Assembly: GCA_039028615.1 (NCBI GenBank)
Contig: JBCCHT010000001.1
Location: 512,001-576,000, forward strand
Length of the DNA: 64,000 nt
Source of the DNA: Myxococcota bacterium
GTDB lineage: Bacteria > Myxococcota_A > Polyangia > Nannocystales > Nannocystaceae
Direction: 5' to 3'
The translations under genes were made by a program, and so were the position numbers. Positions within the stretch are counted from its first letter, which is position 1. The number at the start of each line of letters is the position of its first letter. The notes under the pieces are model-generated. The model was not told the origin of the DNA, did not search any database, and saw only the letters and a list, made by a program, of their open reading frames with translations. Shown one piece after another: positions 60,173 through 64,000 of this stretch.

Positions 60173-60977
60173 CGGCACACGTCTCGACATCGTCGGCGTA
60201 GGTCCCTCGATGGTACCCGAGGCGATAGTTCGCCAGGCAGACCGAGAAGTTGTCGTGCTCGGTGCCCGCGGTGTCGCCCCCCGCTCGCTTCGCGTTGCCG
60301 TGGCTGAGATGCACCACCCGACCCAGCGCCCGTCGCCGCGCCAGCCCGGACAGCTGCAGCCGCGCCACCAGGTCGAGGTCTTCCCAGCCCCAGCCCACCA
60401 GGTCCGAGTTCATGCCGTCGATGGCCTCGAAGTGGTCCCGCTGCAGCACGATGAGCCCGGGGCCGCTGCGGCTACCGTCGTCGAAGCGCAGGCGGTTGGT
60501 CTCGATCCACACCGTCTCGCCCTGCGCGGTCACGAGCCCCACCGCGTTGGCGATGCCCTGCACGCCCTGCACGCCCTGCACGGGGGTCGGCGAGACCTCG
60601 GGGGCCTCGGATTCCACGACCTGCTCGACGGTCACGAACTCACCGCTGGCGACGCGACCGAGCGCCTCGTCGACGAAGTCGGCGTCCAAGATCACGTCGC
60701 AGTCGAGGAAGAACAGGTGCCGCCCGCGAGCGGCGTGCACGCCCAGGTTGAGCGCCAGCGCCTTGTTGAAGCCGTCGGCGGGGACATCGACTCGGGTCAC
60801 GGGCACGGCCAGGTCACGCATCGCGTCGGCCAGCCACTGCTCGTCGCCCGCACAGTTGACGACCACGACCTCCACGCCATGGCGCTCGAAGATCGCCGCG
60901 TTGTCGGCCAGGGTTCGCGGCAGCTCGGCCCGATCGCACCACGGGATGATCACCGACAGCTCGGGGGCCACGGTCAT
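60144..60977 (-). CDS. Glycosyltransferase family 2 (galactosyltransferase-like C-terminus)
   Basis: SVIIP, FNKALALNLG, FLDCD (DxD), GWGWEDLDL and HLSH motifs. Confidence 0.88.
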   Translation of the reverse strand: MTVAPELSVIIPWCDRAELPRTLADNAAIFERHGVEVVVVNCAGDEQWLADAMRDLAVPVTRVDVPADGFNKALALNLGVHAARGRHLFFLDCDVILDADFVDEALGRVASGEFVTVEQVVESEAPEVSPTPVQGVQGVQGIANAVGLVTAQGETVWIETNRLRFDDGSRSGPGLIVLQRDHFEAIDGMNSDLVGWGWEDLDLVARLQLSGLARRRALGRVVHLSHGNAKRAGGDTAGTEHDNFSVCLANYRLGYHRGTYADDVETCADAIEIHRPV

Positions 60978-62449
60978 GCCGCTGCCCCTCGCTGCTGCGC
61001 GGCGGCAGAGACCAGGAGCAAGCCATCATCGACCAAGCGTTGCAGCGTGTTCCACCGCGCCGTGCCCGGAGTGGCCAGCGAAGCAGCGTGCTGGGGCCCA
61101 GCGCAAGCCTCCACCCAGGGGTCATCCTCGAGGTCCACTGGCAACGCAGCCGGCCACGCGGGGTCGAGCAGTCGAAGCCGTCCGTCGCCCCAGCGCACCA
61201 AAGGAGCGGCCCACCGCACGTGGCTGTCGTCGGTGAGCGTCGGCGCGGCGGTTTCGACATAGCGCGCCACGGGCTCGGCAAACGACTCCCACGCGGGCAC
61301 GGTGGGCGGCAGCAGCGACGGCTCGGCCGACGGCGTGGGCGGTGAAGTCGTCACGATCGTCTCCCCCAAGCCCTGGGCTCGCCTCGCGATGGCGTCCTCG
61401 AAGGCCCGGCACAGAATGTCGGAGCACACCGCCTCCGAGTAGCCGGAGCTGGCGTGCTCGGCCGCGGCCACGCTCATGGCCTCGTGGCGGTCGGCATCGG
61501 ACATGATCCGCACGACCGCGTCGACCCCGGCGTCGGCATCGATGCGGATCCCGCTGCGGGTGATCCACGTGGGCATCAAGGCACCCGTCACCCCGGGCCG
61601 CACGGAGTCCTTGAGGCCACCGTGCGCCGCCCCCACCACGGGGACCCCACAGGCCATCGCTTCTACCGGCACGTAGCCGAAGTTCTCGTCGATTGCGCTG
61701 GTCGGGTGCAGCAACACGTCCATCGCCCCGAAGGCCATGGCCAGCTCCTCGTCGCTCAGGTTGGCGGGAAAGCAGACCAGATCCTCGGCGATCCCCAGCC
61801 GCTGCACGAGGGCCGCGATGTGTTCCCGATACTGGGCGCAGCCGTAGTCGAGCACGGGATAGCTGGTGTGGAAGTTGCCCACCACCAGCGCCACCACCCG
61901 CTGGGGAGCCATCTGCTCCCGGATGCGCGCGAAGGCGCGGAGGAACACGTGCAGGTTCTTCTGCGGCACCAGTCGGCATACGAAGCCCAGCACGTGGTCG
62001 CAGGGCGGAAGCTCGAGCTCCCGACGGCAGTCCCCCTGGTCGTAGGGGGTGAACAGCTCGGTGTCGACGGGCAGGGGCAGGCGCACCAGGTGCGGCGTGG
62101 GTCCCTCGCACAGGTCCTGCATGATCTCGGCGTCGGAGCGGCAGTTGAGCAGCAGCGTATCGTTACGATGCAGGTGCGGGAACCGATCGCGCAAGCCCGC
62201 GTGGCTCACCACCGGGCCCCCGTGCATGGCGAGCACGATGGGCGTATCGGCGGGCCGCGGTTGCGAGAACCACTGCGAGCCGTGAAACGACAAGATGGCA
62301 TCGACCGGTGGCGTGGGCTCGCCTTCGCCGACCGCATCGAGGTCGACCAGCTCGAAGCGTCGACGCAAGGCTCGCTCGTAGAACTTCCGGGTCCGCTCGA
62401 CGCTGACCCACTCGTGGGGGCCGAAGCCCCAAGTGCCAATGCGATGCAT
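60974..62449 (-). CDS. Glycosyltransferase family 4 with C-terminal extension
   Basis: VD.ELF.P, RLVPQKN and ENFGYVPVEAMACGVPVV (EX7E); ATGA overlap with GT2. Confidence 0.9.
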   Translation of the reverse strand: MHRIGTWGFGPHEWVSVERTRKFYERALRRRFELVDLDAVGEGEPTPPVDAILSFHGSQWFSQPRPADTPIVLAMHGGPVVSHAGLRDRFPHLHRNDTLLLNCRSDAEIMQDLCEGPTPHLVRLPLPVDTELFTPYDQGDCRRELELPPCDHVLGFVCRLVPQKNLHVFLRAFARIREQMAPQRVVALVVGNFHTSYPVLDYGCAQYREHIAALVQRLGIAEDLVCFPANLSDEELAMAFGAMDVLLHPTSAIDENFGYVPVEAMACGVPVVGAAHGGLKDSVRPGVTGALMPTWITRSGIRIDADAGVDAVVRIMSDADRHEAMSVAAAEHASSGYSEAVCSDILCRAFEDAIARRAQGLGETIVTTSPPTPSAEPSLLPPTVPAWESFAEPVARYVETAAPTLTDDSHVRWAAPLVRWGDGRLRLLDPAWPAALPVDLEDDPWVEACAGPQHAASLATPGTARWNTLQRLVDDGLLLVSAAAQQRGAAA

Positions 62450-62461
62450 GCTTTCGTGCTC

Positions 62462-63466
62462 CTATCGGGTGCGGGTCGTGGCCGGCTCGGCCAGCAAGAC
62501 GCGACTGCCCGCGTCATCAAAAACGAACGGGAACTCGGTGTAGGCGGCCAAGTCGCGCCGAATGGCGGATTGATGCTCGGGCGAGGCCACGAGCAACAGA
62601 CAACCCGTACCGCCCGCGCCCAGCAGCTTGCCGCCGAACGCACCTCGAGCGCGCGCCCGGTCGTAGGCCTCGTCCACATGGGCGGGAGAGATGCCGGCCG
62701 TCAGCCTTCGTTTGACCTGCCAGGTCTCGTCGAGCAACGCCCCCAGCTCCGCGACGGGAGCCCGACGGCGCAGGGCGGCCCCGAACGCTTCGCACTGACC
62801 ACGGATGGTGCGCAGGCGCTCGGTCTGATCCGCGCTGGGCTTCGCCAACGGCTTGAGCAGATCCCCCGCCCGCCGCTGCCCGCCGAGATAGAACAGCATC
62901 AACGACGCCTCGAGCTCGTCCCGGTACGCCACGGGAAGCTCCATCGGCCGCGCGTGCACCTGCTCGTCGGGCAAGAAGTGCAGGTTCTGGCAGCCCCCCA
63001 CCGCGGCGATGGTCTGGTCTTGGCGTCCGATCGGCTGCCCCAGGCGATCGGTCTCGAGTCGAAAGGCTCGCTCCGCCAGCGTGCGCCAGTCGGTGGGCTC
63101 TCCCCGCAGCCGAGCCAGCCCGTGCAGCAGCCCCACGCAGAAGCTCGACGACGACCCCAACCCGGTGCCCCCCGGGACGTCGCTCGAGGAGCTGATGTCC
63201 AGCGGCCCCGTCTGGCCCGTCGCACGCAGAGCCTCCCGCACGATCGGGTGCTCGATCGCGTCGATGTGCTCCGCCTCCTCGTACATGCCGCAGGCGATCC
63301 GAAAGCGCGGGCCCGACCCCTCCGGTCGTTGTCGCAGCATCACGTCGATGTGCAGGCCGATCGCCGTCGAGATCACCTCGCCGCCGTGCTCGCGATAAAA
63401 CGACGGCAGGTCGGTCCCGCCGCCCACGAAGCTGGTGCGTAGCGGCGTGCGGGTGACGATCAACAT
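62462..63466 (-). CDS. hddA: D-glycero-alpha-D-manno-heptose-7-phosphate kinase (GHMP kinase)
   Basis: RTPLR.SFVGGGTD, DVPGGTGLGSSS, GRQDQ and GGKLLGAGG.G motifs; start at ATG 63466. Confidence 0.85.
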   Translation of the reverse strand: MLIVTRTPLRTSFVGGGTDLPSFYREHGGEVISTAIGLHIDVMLRQRPEGSGPRFRIACGMYEEAEHIDAIEHPIVREALRATGQTGPLDISSSSDVPGGTGLGSSSSFCVGLLHGLARLRGEPTDWRTLAERAFRLETDRLGQPIGRQDQTIAAVGGCQNLHFLPDEQVHARPMELPVAYRDELEASLMLFYLGGQRRAGDLLKPLAKPSADQTERLRTIRGQCEAFGAALRRRAPVAELGALLDETWQVKRRLTAGISPAHVDEAYDRARARGAFGGKLLGAGGTGCLLLVASPEHQSAIRRDLAAYTEFPFVFDDAGSRVLLAEPATTRTR

Positions 63467-64000
63467 GCGATCGCCTCCCGGGCCAGCCAGGCCGCGATCG
63501 CGGCGGGAAGATGGGGGAACCACCGAACGCCACGGCGCAGGGCCTCGGACCGAACGCCGTCTCCGAGCAGCAACGGCTCCACACCCGCTCGCATCCCCGC
63601 CTGCGCATCACAGAGGCTGTCGCCGAACATGGCCGAGGTCGCGACGTCGACCCGAAGTTCGCTCATCGCCCGCAGCAGCAGGCCGGGGGCGGGCTTGCGA
63701 CAGTCGCACTCGACCTTGAGTTCGACACGCTCGCCCTCGAAGCCGCGATGGGGATGATGAGGGCAGTAGTAGAGACGATCGAGGTACGCCCCCTCGGCGC
63801 CCAGCTGCCCCTCGAGGCGGGCATGAATCGCGCGCAGCTGCGTCTCGTCGCACATCCCTCGCGCCACGACCGGCTGATTGGTGACCACCACGACCTGCAC
63901 CCCCGCGCGATTGAGCGAACGAATCGCCGAACCGACGCCGGGGAGCAGCTCGATCTGCTCCGGGCGCGAGACATAGCCGACGTGGCGATTGATGGTCCCG
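63460..64000 (-). CDS. gmhB: D,D-heptose-1,7-bisphosphate phosphatase (HAD-IIIA); 5' end outside the window
   Basis: GTINRHVGY...VVTNQ...YYCPHHP...CDCRKP.PG...GD...D. Confidence 0.88.
   Translation of the reverse strand, partial: GTINRHVGYVSRPEQIELLPGVGSAIRSLNRAGVQVVVVTNQPVVARGMCDETQLRAIHARLEGQLGAEGAYLDRLYYCPHHPHRGFEGERVELKVECDCRKPAPGLLLRAMSELRVDVATSAMFGDSLCDAQAGMRAGVEPLLLGDGVRSEALRRGVRWFPHLPAAIAAWLAREAIAC

Noticed and set aside
60555..60583. 9-bp tandem repeat (VQG)x3 in GT2 as a phase-variation site
   Set aside because: The unit is a multiple of 3, so the frame is unaffected; probably a neutral loop expansion.

Overview
High-GC, gene-dense bacterial DNA. Its content points to a myxobacterium, probably Nannocystaceae-like (inferred from the TPR-Ser/Thr kinase, a MYXO-CTERM protein, many Cys-rich lipoproteins and an ECF/anti-sigma/VWA module). 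I can support about 52 CDS and recognised no rRNA, tRNA, CRISPR array or mobile element. Housekeeping genes include murJ, truA, dusB, a RelA-type (p)ppGpp synthetase and the carboxy(nor)spermidine pathway pair. The most notable locus is a compact, translationally coupled azol(in)e-RiPP (TOMM/LAP-like) operon at 33103-36977. It encodes an RRE/E1-like scaffold, a YcaO cyclodehydratase and a SagB-type dehydrogenase. Its only plausible substrate is a 160-aa polytopic membrane protein with a streptolysin-S-like CCSSCCCCCCC motif after a short leader, followed by a membrane-anchored SRPBCC protein; no leader protease or exporter is encoded in the operon. Other points of interest: an apparently hydrolase-dead EFDD-type RelA, a heptose-pathway cluster whose GT4 has an RRE-like tail, a P450/UbiA/thioesterase cluster beside a TetR switch with a nested palindromic operator, a PNGase-F/GH5 pair, a di-heme beta-propeller pair, and recurring leaderless-type promoters. 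All product calls come from motif recognition by eye; no database search was run.
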